A DNA stretch of 53,733 bases from an uncultured Spirochaetaceae bacterium (GTDB lineage Bacteria > Spirochaetota > Spirochaetia > Sphaerochaetales > Sphaerochaetaceae), in the NCBI GenBank assembly GCA_964534915.1, contig CAZHQL010000001.1, positions 1 to 53,733 on the forward strand, given 5' to 3'. The notes under the pieces are model-generated. The model saw nothing but the letters and a program-made list of their open reading frames with translations, did not search any database and was not told the DNA's origin. Positions 37,748 to 45,968 of this stretch are shown in pieces; the first letter of the stretch is position 1, and each line of letters opens with the position of its first letter. Both the position numbers and the translations under genes were made by a program.

Positions 37748-38889
37748 ATGATTAAATCCTTACATTGTAATAAATTGATGGGGGGGCAGTCCTAATTCTC
37801 CTTCTTGCCTCTCTTCTTGTTGTATCGTGTAATCCATCTTCAGATGATCTGACTGACACAGACACACCAGATTATGAGATTGATGATGACAATGAAACCT
37901 GGCTCATTTACACTGCCGAGGGGCTTACACGCTGGAATATAGTAGCACAAACAGACCAAACTCTCAGTGCCAGGCTTAAGGCAGATATTACGCTTGTTAC
38001 TGATGAATATAACAACTGGTTGCCGGTAGGCACTGAGGATGCTCCATACACAGGCTCATTTGACGGCGCGGGGTACTCCATAACGGGCATTAAGGCATCT
38101 TCAAGCTCAGATTATGTTGGCATGTTCGGCTATATAGGTTCTGATGGAACAGTAAAGGATCTTGGACTTATAAAGGCTGACATATCTGGTGATGGTTATG
38201 TTGGTGCCATCGCTGGATACAACGAAGGAACCATCATAGCCTGCTATAGCGAGGATAGCAAGGTAGAAGGTGATTACTATGTCGGCGGCATCGCTGGATA
38301 TAACTATAACTATAGCTATAATTTCACTGGCGATACCATTATCAATGATAAAGGAAAAGTTCTTTACAGTTATTCAGATGCTGATGTTTCTGGAAGTCAA
38401 TATGTCGGCGGCATTGTCGGATATAACACCGATTATGCAACTGTTGCTGCATGTTATTTCACAGGAAGCCTTGATGGAACATCGTGTGTTGGCGGGATAG
38501 TTGGATTCAACTATGGTGTGTATTTAGACAGTGCGCCTGGCAATGTTATTGATGTCGGCTATGTTTATGCCTGCTATTCTGAAGCTGCAATTGAAAACAG
38601 CAGTGGAAAAAATTACATAGGAGGGATAGTTGGAAGAAATCACATTAATCATGGCCGCGTATACAATTCCTATTACACAACAGTCGCTATACCTTATGCC
38701 TGTGGCGCCCTTTCTGGTAGTGCAGGTACCAGCGGCACAGATGAAACCTGCTCCCAAGTTGGTTCATATGCAGATGCTGTAAGCGATATGAATCAGTGTT
38801 TATCTGATAACGGATTCACTGATTACATGTATGCTGACTCTTCAGTGGTAAGCCTGGAAAAAGTCGCGAATTCCGAACTTTCTGAATAA
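37748..38889 (+). CDS. GLUG-repeat surface lipoprotein, reading frame interrupted at a poly-G tract (phase-variable or frameshifted)
   Basis: RBS AAAGGAG (37736-37742) and ATG 37748 open MIKSLHCNKLMGGQS*, with a stop at 37793. The frame entered within the G7 run reads GGAVLILLLASLLVVSCNPSSDD... and stays open to 38889, with no ATG/GTG/TTG until 38020, where the track ORF starts. There are six [YC][VI]G[GA]I[AV]G[YFR]N repeats. Confidence 0.75.
37780..37786 (+). repeat. G7 homopolymer at the start-codon / signal-peptide junction
   Basis: Read directly as ...TTGATGGGGGGGCAGTCC.... G8 or G5 would join ATG 37748/37778 to the lipoprotein signal peptide frame. Confidence 0.9.
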
Positions 38890-38927
38890 TCCTCATTGGC
38901 CAAAGGATTTTTCTCTTTGATCTTAGG

Positions 38928-38960
38928 CTCCCTTCATTCATATTGGGTGAGGGGAGTTTT
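38928..38960 (+). terminator. Rho-independent terminator after the GLUG lipoprotein gene
   Basis: CTCCCTTCA (38928-38936) pairs with TGAGGGGAG (38948-38956): 9 bp with one G-U pair and an 11-nt loop, followed by TTTT. Confidence 0.6.
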
Positions 38961-39102
38961 CATCTCTTCAGACACTATGCTTTTTGAGCTGGGTAAATGG
39001 TTTGGCGTCCTTGTTGACGCTATATGGAAATACATCAAAACAATATAAGTTTTAAATGACTTTTATTCTCTGCTGTGGTATCTTCTAATCAAGGGTAATG
39101 TT

Positions 39103-40002
39103 ATGAAAGAAGAGCGATTAGTGATGAATGATGGTCATAATCTGTTTTATCGTATCTGGGATGTTGATAATCCCAGGGCAACTGTGCATATTAACCATGG
39201 CATGGCCGAGCACAGTCTGCGCTATGATGATTTTGCACGATTTTTAAACAGCCATAGATTTGCAGTTTATGCACAGGACCACAGAGGCCATGGATATACG
39301 GCAGCAGAGGATGAAAGGGGTTGGTTCAGTGAGAGCGCCGGATGGTCCCTTGTAGCAGAGGATGCGCACGCTCTTGATCTCAAGATCATGAAGGATTATC
39401 CGGATGTGAAGCACTTTCTCTTCGGGCACTCCATGGGCTCATTCATCGCCCGCATATTAATAGAGCGCTACAGCGCTGACTATGATGGGGCCATCATATG
39501 CGGAACTGGCGCTCATCAGGGTCTTTTGGGAAAGGCCGGGCAGATGATTGCCAGGCATCATGTAAGGAAATGGGGCTCCAGGATGAGGGACCCCAGGATG
39601 GACATGCTCATCTTCTCCTCATACAATAAGCGCTTCAAGGAAGAAGGGAAGTTTGCATGGCTTTCACGCGATGGCAGGGAAGTGGAGAAATATATTGAAG
39701 ATCCGCTTTGCGGCTTTGTATGCTCTTCCAAGTTCTATGATGATTTAATTGAGCTTTCAAACCATGCTAATGATAAAAAAGCTGTAAAAGGCATTCGCAA
39801 AAATCTTCCGCTGTTCATAATAAGCGGAGCAGATGATCCTGTCGGAGGATATTCAAAAGGCGTGAGGAAGGTGTCTGAGCTATACAGGAAGGGAGGGCTT
39901 GAAAACGTTGATGTGAAGCTGTACGATGGCGCAAGACATGAGATTCTCAACGAGACAAACAGAAGCGAAGTATACAGCGACATACTTTCTTTTCTTGCAT
40001 AA
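39103..40002 (+). CDS. Alpha/beta hydrolase, lysophospholipase / monoacylglycerol-lipase type
   Basis: 299 aa. HGMAEHSLRYDDFARFL, nucleophile elbow GHSMGS, and distal D and H (GADDPV, ARHEILNE). Confidence 0.82.
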   Translation: MKEERLVMNDGHNLFYRIWDVDNPRATVHINHGMAEHSLRYDDFARFLNSHRFAVYAQDHRGHGYTAAEDERGWFSESAGWSLVAEDAHALDLKIMKDYPDVKHFLFGHSMGSFIARILIERYSADYDGAIICGTGAHQGLLGKAGQMIARHHVRKWGSRMRDPRMDMLIFSSYNKRFKEEGKFAWLSRDGREVEKYIEDPLCGFVCSSKFYDDLIELSNHANDKKAVKGIRKNLPLFIISGADDPVGGYSKGVRKVSELYRKGGLENVDVKLYDGARHEILNETNRSEVYSDILSFLA

Positions 40003-40011
40003 GGACTTAAT

Positions 40012-41286
40012 ATGAAAAAGGACAAGGAAGACAGGGCGCATTCAGAGAGGGTGCTCAGATTCAGAGTGTGGTGGAAGGACTATGCACGTGTCCTTCTCCT
40101 GGCACTTTCACGCGTCTCCAAGGACAGTGTAAGCATCCTTGCTTCCGGACTGGTATATTCAACCCTGATTTCCTTAATCCCGTGCATTGCGTTTTTGTTT
40201 GCAATCTTCTCGGCATTTGGCGTCCTTCAGACAGTCATGGCCATGCTTACAGCATTCCTGGTAGAAGTACTGGGTGAGATAAGCGGGATGGAAATCATAA
40301 ATATGATTGAGACCTACACTGGCAATGCATTAAGCCTTGGAATATTCGGCGTGATATCATTTCTGATAACGAGCATACTCCTTATCGATAAGATATACAC
40401 TGTGATGAACAGGATATTCCGCACCCAGCCCAGCACGGGAACAATCAGGCGCTTTACGACTTTCCTGACGCTTTTAATCGTAGCGGCGCTTCTTGCGGTA
40501 GTGTTCATTACGGTGCAGGGAAGAGTGGAGAGGACGCTTCAGAACTTCGTGCGAGATGACTTTGTCCTTGCATCCTCATCCATCTGGGAGAAAATAATGC
40601 TCCTTGGCACTTCATGGTTCGTGATATTCTCAATGATATTCTTCATGCCGAATACGAGAGTAAGGCTCTCAAGCGCACTTGTAGGCTCTGTTACAGGGCT
40701 TTTATCGGTTGAGGTATCGAGTGCAGTATTCGAACTTGTCATACTGCGCTCGGTAAAATACTCAGTAATCTACGGATCCTTTGCCTCGATATTCCTCGCA
40801 CTGATCTATCTGTACATATTCTGGTTCATAATACTGGTTGCAGCCGAGATAGCATATGTCCATCAGTTCCGCCCGGACAAGGACCTAATAAAAGGACGCC
40901 CTGAAAGCCCGCTGTCCCAGATAAGCATGGGAATAAACCTGCTTCTGTTCATTGCGGATAACTATCGCTCTGGCCATGGGGCCACAACAGAGAATGAGAT
41001 GGTAAAGAGCCTTTCTGTTCCGACCAGCAAGCTCTATGGCTATCTTAACTGCCTCGAAGGCGGCGGCTTCATAATGCCTGTTAATTCCCAGCGTACTGCA
41101 TTCGTTCCGGCCATGCCCCTGGACAAGATCCGCCTTATAGATGTGCTCCATGCCCTCTACGGAAGCGAGAGAAAGGATGGGGAAGATATCCAGACGATGG
41201 GTGAGGCTGTTGCTGCAGAGCTTGAGGAGAAGGGCATCAAGGCCCTGAAGGACATTTCAATTGAGAACCTTATGGAGAGGCTATGA
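40012..41286 (+). CDS. YihY/BrkB-family membrane protein with a C-terminal winged-helix (Rrf2-like) domain
   Basis: 424 aa. About 6 TM segments with the YihY pattern (SILASGLVYSTLISLIP...). The last ~130 aa are soluble and resemble an Rrf2-type wHTH (...ENEMVKSLSVPTSKLYGYLNCLEGGGFIMPV...IRLIDVLHAL). Confidence 0.7.
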   Translation: MKKDKEDRAHSERVLRFRVWWKDYARVLLLALSRVSKDSVSILASGLVYSTLISLIPCIAFLFAIFSAFGVLQTVMAMLTAFLVEVLGEISGMEIINMIETYTGNALSLGIFGVISFLITSILLIDKIYTVMNRIFRTQPSTGTIRRFTTFLTLLIVAALLAVVFITVQGRVERTLQNFVRDDFVLASSSIWEKIMLLGTSWFVIFSMIFFMPNTRVRLSSALVGSVTGLLSVEVSSAVFELVILRSVKYSVIYGSFASIFLALIYLYIFWFIILVAAEIAYVHQFRPDKDLIKGRPESPLSQISMGINLLLFIADNYRSGHGATTENEMVKSLSVPTSKLYGYLNCLEGGGFIMPVNSQRTAFVPAMPLDKIRLIDVLHALYGSERKDGEDIQTMGEAVAAELEEKGIKALKDISIENLMERL

Positions 41287-41741
41287 TTCTGGAAAAGGAG
41301 AGTGCGGGCTCTCTTAATGGCTTTGAGTGGCCGAGCCTGCCTGATATCACTACAGGAGTTGTTAAGAAGGACTTTGATGAAGAGACTGGCCTCGGCCTTA
41401 TTTTCATGAAGGATCCTCAGAGCCATGGGGATGCTATGGTTGCAATCACGCACTCAGTAGCAGCGCTAAGGGATAGTCATATCATATTCACAGCTTCCCT
41501 TGAGGCTCTTGATTTAAGAGCGCTTTCTGCGGCCCTCGGGAAAAGCGTCAAAAACCTTAAGAATGAGTACGGCGTAAAGGGCTTTCTTGCAGAGAGCAGA
41601 ATCGTGCTCTATGGAAACGGAGAGAAGGAAGACCTCGGAGTCTATCTTGGATCTGAGAGAGATGAGGATGTTTTTTCTTTCCTCCGCGGCCTTTTTGAGG
41701 ATTCGTTTGTAAGCTCAGATGATTCCTGGATCATCGAGTAG
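41283..41741 (+). CDS. Hypothetical acidic cytoplasmic protein
   Basis: 152 aa. ATGA overlap with the yihY-like stop suggests translational coupling. I recognise no motif. Its 3' end overlaps convergent thpR by 27 nt. Confidence 0.5.
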   Translation: MILEKESAGSLNGFEWPSLPDITTGVVKKDFDEETGLGLIFMKDPQSHGDAMVAITHSVAALRDSHIIFTASLEALDLRALSAALGKSVKNLKNEYGVKGFLAESRIVLYGNGEKEDLGVYLGSERDEDVFSFLRGLFEDSFVSSDDSWIIE

Positions 41742-42257
41742 CTTTTCATAAACCGTAGTGTAAACCATCTCTCCCTTTATCCTGTCGCTTCTCATCAGTG
41801 CAAATGATGTAACGCTCTCATCAAAGCTTTCAAATGACGGAATATCCTGAGGGATGTAAGCATCACGCATAAGCGTTATATGAGGAATGAACTTTCTTTT
41901 CTCTAAGGCAAAGCCACGCTCTGAAAGAGCAGCGTGAAGAGAGAACTGAAGAGCCTCAAGATCTTCAGACCTCTCAGGCGAGAGGAAGTACGTTCTTCCA
42001 TCCCTTCTTTTGAAATATCCTGTCTTCCCGCTGAGACTCAGAGTAAAAGGGGAAGATGAGATAGTTTCCATGGCCCTGACAATCCCTGCTGTCCGTTCTT
42101 CTTCCATCTGGCCAAGGAATTCGAGAGTGATATGGAAATTGCTCTTCCTGACGGGCCGTCCTTTTCTTGAAATCCTTTTTAAGGAGCTTGCAATATCTGC
42201 TATATAGCTCTTGCATTCTTCTGACAGATTAATTGCGATGAAAAGTCTCATAGCCAA
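41715..42257 (-). CDS. thpR: RNA 2',3'-cyclic phosphodiesterase (2H family, LigT/ThpR)
   Basis: 180 aa. Two HxT motifs (FHITLEFLG and PHITLMR) at the expected spacing. Confidence 0.88.
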   Translation of the reverse strand: MAMRLFIAINLSEECKSYIADIASSLKRISRKGRPVRKSNFHITLEFLGQMEEERTAGIVRAMETISSSPFTLSLSGKTGYFKRRDGRTYFLSPERSEDLEALQFSLHAALSERGFALEKRKFIPHITLMRDAYIPQDIPSFESFDESVTSFALMRSDRIKGEMVYTTVYEKLLDDPGII

Positions 42258-42415
42258 TTATAGGAAGATGTGAAAACAAAGGGCAATATCAGGCTTCCAT
42301 GAGAAATTTCTGTCATTTTCAGAAGTTTTTGGTATTTGCAGAAGAGAGCAATTTTCTGCATCGAAAGTGACATTTTTTTCTTTTCAAACAGGAAAAAGTG
42401 ACGTACAATCGGGGT

Positions 42416-42925
42416 ATGGCAAAGTTGGTTTATCTGATTTTGCTGCTTCTTTTCATTATCATACCGGTATTCGGTTCATCGTTTTACATCGGCTTTGATC
42501 TAGCATCAGTCGATTCGTTCTTTGCAGATGGAAACAGAGTGAGTTTTGATCTCTCGTACCATTTCGCGGATTTCAGGATCTCCCTTCCCATTTCGTATTC
42601 ATTCTGCCTCGATGATGATATCTCAGCACTTGATGTTGCGCTGAGAGTGGATGTGTATCCATTTACGCGCCTGAATCTCTTCTTCGGGGTGGATGCCGTG
42701 CGTTATGTGCGCTTCTTCGGCCTTGGGAGCCCGGAGGAGAGGAATCTGATCCTTACATCAATCCGCATGGGATATACCTTTGATCTTCCCTATTGCTATA
42801 TCGAGCCGAGAATAGTCGCAGTGGATCCTGCGAGGATAAACGAGACTGAGACCGCGCTTTTAGATGACCACTTTCCCTTCTACTACGATTTCTATGTCGA
42901 GCTCTTAGTCGGAGTTCGCTTTTAG
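42416..42925 (+). CDS. Hypothetical exported protein, small beta-barrel outer-membrane-protein candidate
   Basis: The track starts at GTG 42398. ATG 42416 gives MAKLVYLILLLLFIIIPVFGSS (signal peptide). The mature ~150 aa has alternating hydrophobic/aromatic beta-like segments and ends in ...YVELLVGVRF, with a terminal Phe. Confidence 0.5.
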   Translation: MAKLVYLILLLLFIIIPVFGSSFYIGFDLASVDSFFADGNRVSFDLSYHFADFRISLPISYSFCLDDDISALDVALRVDVYPFTRLNLFFGVDAVRYVRFFGLGSPEERNLILTSIRMGYTFDLPYCYIEPRIVAVDPARINETETALLDDHFPFYYDFYVELLVGVRF

Positions 42926-42937
42926 GAGGAAAAGGAA

Positions 42938-43780
42938 ATGATGAAAAGATCGATTGAGTTAGCAAACCGTCTGATCGCGCTTATGATGATTTGTGTAATC
43001 ATCGCATCCTGCAGCCTGAACATCTCAGGCCCTGAGGCAATAAGCGAGAGCATGCTCGTCTCCCGCTCTTCGCGCCTGCTGGAGCTGTACCTTGATGAGG
43101 TATCCGGCCTTATGACTGATGATGAGCTTCCCGGCTTTTCTGAAGCCCTTGCAAGAGGCTTCTCAGCCGAGGATGTCGCATCCAGGACCCTTGGGGAGGA
43201 AAACGGCAGGTCATACCTTGAGTTCACGCTCTATACGAATAGCTATGAGAGCGTTGATGAGGTTCTTGCATTTGCATCCACCCTTGCGCCGGAGGAAGAT
43301 ATCGAGGGCATCAGGGAGACCATCAGTGAGATGGAGGAAATGCTCTACGAGGATGCTGAGGTGATATCACGCGCGATGACAGCAGCAGAGAGGAAGACAT
43401 TCTACTCAGAGCTTCGCAAGCTGGTAGTAAAGGCATCCGTGCTGTTTACTGCTGCAGTTGTCTATGCCTATGTTCCGAGCACTGTCTTCTGGGGAAAGGT
43501 TACTGCAGCAAGCGCAGTTGCAATCGCAGCAGGAATTCTGGCAGCTTCTTTCATGTCCCTGATAGAGTACTGGCAGACAGGATCCTCAAGTGTCACCTTC
43601 TCAGAGTGGGTGAGCGAGATATCGAGTGAGCCCACAGCTTCATGGGCTATTGCAAGCGGAGTAATCGCAACTAACTCTGCGATTGCGAAATCCGCAGTAA
43701 CTGCATCCATAATCCTGATAGTATTCGCTATCTATGGAATCGCAGATGATTTAAAGCCTCTGTTAAAGGCTTATTCCTGA
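42938..43780 (+). CDS. Hypothetical lipoprotein with a C-terminal hydrophobic helix bundle
   Basis: 280 aa. Signal plus lipobox (LMMICVIIASC|S), an acidic ~150-aa middle region, then 3-4 Ala/Ile-rich hydrophobic segments. Confidence 0.55.
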   Translation: MMKRSIELANRLIALMMICVIIASCSLNISGPEAISESMLVSRSSRLLELYLDEVSGLMTDDELPGFSEALARGFSAEDVASRTLGEENGRSYLEFTLYTNSYESVDEVLAFASTLAPEEDIEGIRETISEMEEMLYEDAEVISRAMTAAERKTFYSELRKLVVKASVLFTAAVVYAYVPSTVFWGKVTAASAVAIAAGILAASFMSLIEYWQTGSSSVTFSEWVSEISSEPTASWAIASGVIATNSAIAKSAVTASIILIVFAIYGIADDLKPLLKAYS

Positions 43781-43788
43781 GAGGGCAA

Positions 43789-43825
43789 AGGGTTTTCAGC
43801 AGAAAGCCCTTTAACTTTGCTTTTT
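43789..43825 (+). terminator. Possible intrinsic terminator
   Basis: AGGGTTTTC (43789-43797) pairs with GAAAGCCCT (43802-43810): 9 bp with one G-U pair and a 4-nt loop. It is followed by an interrupted T tract (TTAACTTTGCTTTTT). Confidence 0.45.
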
Positions 43826-43845
43826 CATGTGCAATAATCCTTTCT

Positions 43846-45063
43846 ATGAAAGACTTCAGAGACGAATTAATCAAGAACTTTGTTTATTACACTACATTCG
43901 ATACCATGAGCAATCCCGGCCTGCTGGGAAAGAAAAGGCCTACCACGGAGGGCCAGACAGTTCTGCTTGAAGAACTTGTAAGAGAGCTTAAGGAATTAGG
44001 CATTGAGGCGTCGCTTGACCCGGCAAGTGTCGCTTGTGGCTTCATTAAGGGGAATACGCCGGGAGAGGCTAAGGCCTTCATGGCACATGTGGATACTGCT
44101 GATGATGTAATGGGGGATGGCGTAAAGGCCATAGTCCACGACTATGAGGGAGGCGATATCAGCCTGCCATCAGGCATTGTGCTGAAAGAAGAGGATAACC
44201 CGGGCCTGAAGAAGTACAAGGGAAGTAAGATTATAACAAGTGATGGCACAACGCTCCTTGGAAGCGATGACAAGGCAGGAATTGCCATTATAATGAGCGC
44301 TGCCAGATACCTTGTAGAGCATCCTGAGATCAAGCATCCGGATATCGAGATCTATTTCACGCCCGATGAGGAAACGGGTTCTGGAATGTATGCATTCCCC
44401 TATGAGAGAGTTAAAGCCGCATGCTGCTATACAGTGGATGGCTCAGCAGAAGGAAAGATTGAGACTGAGTGCTTTAACGCAGCGACTCTCAGCGTAACAG
44501 TATCAGGGGTCTCCATCCATCTTGGCTCTGCCCGCGGGGTAATGGTAAACGCACTGACAATCCTTTCTCAGATTGCATCAACGCTTCCTCAGGCAGAGAG
44601 TCCTGAGGCAACCGATGGCCGCTATGGCTATTACTGTGCGCAGAATATCAAGGGCACTGCAACGGAAGCAGGGATGCAGATATTCATAAGGGACCACGAT
44701 GAGGATGCGTTCAAGTTCCGTATCGAAGCTGTCAAGAAGCTCGTTGATGCAATTGCATTCATCTATAAGGGAAAGGCATGCGTCGATGTGCACATAAGCT
44801 ATTACAATATGGCTAATGGCAATAAGAAGGGGGGTGAGTACGTTGATGCGAGATTCAAAGCGTGTGAGAGTCTTGGCATTGACTCTTCCAGAGAGATAAT
44901 CCGCGGAGGCACTGACGGGGCCCGCATCGCAGACAAGCTGAAAATAAGCTCCCCGAATATCTTCACGGGAGGGCATAACCTGCATTCGCTCTCTGAATGG
45001 CTGAGCGTTGAGGCCATGAATAAGAGCGCGAATCTGGTCCTTGCCCTGATGGAGAGCAGATGA
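43846..45063 (+). CDS. pepT: Peptidase T (tripeptide aminopeptidase, M20B)
   Basis: 405 aa. Full-length collinearity with PepT (FVYYTTFDTMS, AHVDTADD, LLGSDDKAGIA, FTPDEETG, RGGTDGA, FTGGHNLHS). Confidence 0.93.
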   Translation: MKDFRDELIKNFVYYTTFDTMSNPGLLGKKRPTTEGQTVLLEELVRELKELGIEASLDPASVACGFIKGNTPGEAKAFMAHVDTADDVMGDGVKAIVHDYEGGDISLPSGIVLKEEDNPGLKKYKGSKIITSDGTTLLGSDDKAGIAIIMSAARYLVEHPEIKHPDIEIYFTPDEETGSGMYAFPYERVKAACCYTVDGSAEGKIETECFNAATLSVTVSGVSIHLGSARGVMVNALTILSQIASTLPQAESPEATDGRYGYYCAQNIKGTATEAGMQIFIRDHDEDAFKFRIEAVKKLVDAIAFIYKGKACVDVHISYYNMANGNKKGGEYVDARFKACESLGIDSSREIIRGGTDGARIADKLKISSPNIFTGGHNLHSLSEWLSVEAMNKSANLVLALMESR

Positions 45064-45968
45064 TAAGAAAGCTCATCCTTGTTTTCTTCCTCATCTCTCT
45101 TGCTCTTCCTTTATTTGCCTCCCTTTCCTTTTTTCCTGAGATAAGCGAGAGTGACAAAACCCTTCTTACGCGTTTCTTTGAAGATGCTGTAGCGGGAAGA
45201 AAGGATGTGGGGATGGAAATAACATCCTTTGTCAAGGAAGATGGCTATATGCGCCTGAGCTTTTCAATTGAGGGAGAAAGGAGGGAAATATCTGCATCGG
45301 ATTATGATGAGCTTGAAGAGTTCATCGCCAATGCACTCTCTCTTGAGAGCCTTTTATACCTTGATGGGAGCACGCTCTTCTATGTAAGTGATAACATTAT
45401 TGCAAGTGAGGATGAGTACAGAACAGGAAGCTATGTTGAGGCATATGACAGGGATGGAAGGAAAAGGGCACTTTTAGAAGTAACAGATAATGAAGGAGGC
45501 ATAAACCTCTACTCAGCAGTATACAAAAAGGATCTGAAGGCAGGACTTCTTTTAAAAAAGGGTCCTCTTTTCTCACTTAACGTGAGAGCCCTGTCGGATA
45601 TATACTTCAATAACTTTGCATTCGCAGCAGATCTTCTCTATCTGCCATTATTCAAATACTTCAATCCATCGCTCTCGCTTTATGCAGCATCAAAAGGGGG
45701 ATCCTTCTCGTACTACGGGGGCCTCGGCGGAGAAGTGCGCCTTGCCCTGGAGCGCCTGATTAGATCCGGCTTTACGCTTATTGAGGATGCTTCAATAATT
45801 GCATCGGCAACGATTTACCTCGGATATGATAATGGATTTTCATGGGGCTCCGGGTTCTCTGTTGCATATGAGCACCATATATCCAGCCGCTATTACTGGC
45901 GCCTTGGCTATGAGACGAGTACAATAGTTCAAAACGGCATTATGCTGTCATTCGGAGTGCTGATTTGA
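45060..45968 (+). CDS. Hypothetical exported protein (beta-rich C-terminal half)
   Basis: 302 aa. Signal peptide MIRKLILVFFLISLALPLFAS. The C-terminal ~140 aa are rich in alternating aromatic/Gly/Ser strands. ATGA overlap with the pepT stop. Confidence 0.5.
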   Translation: MIRKLILVFFLISLALPLFASLSFFPEISESDKTLLTRFFEDAVAGRKDVGMEITSFVKEDGYMRLSFSIEGERREISASDYDELEEFIANALSLESLLYLDGSTLFYVSDNIIASEDEYRTGSYVEAYDRDGRKRALLEVTDNEGGINLYSAVYKKDLKAGLLLKKGPLFSLNVRALSDIYFNNFAFAADLLYLPLFKYFNPSLSLYAASKGGSFSYYGGLGGEVRLALERLIRSGFTLIEDASIIASATIYLGYDNGFSWGSGFSVAYEHHISSRYYWRLGYETSTIVQNGIMLSFGVLI

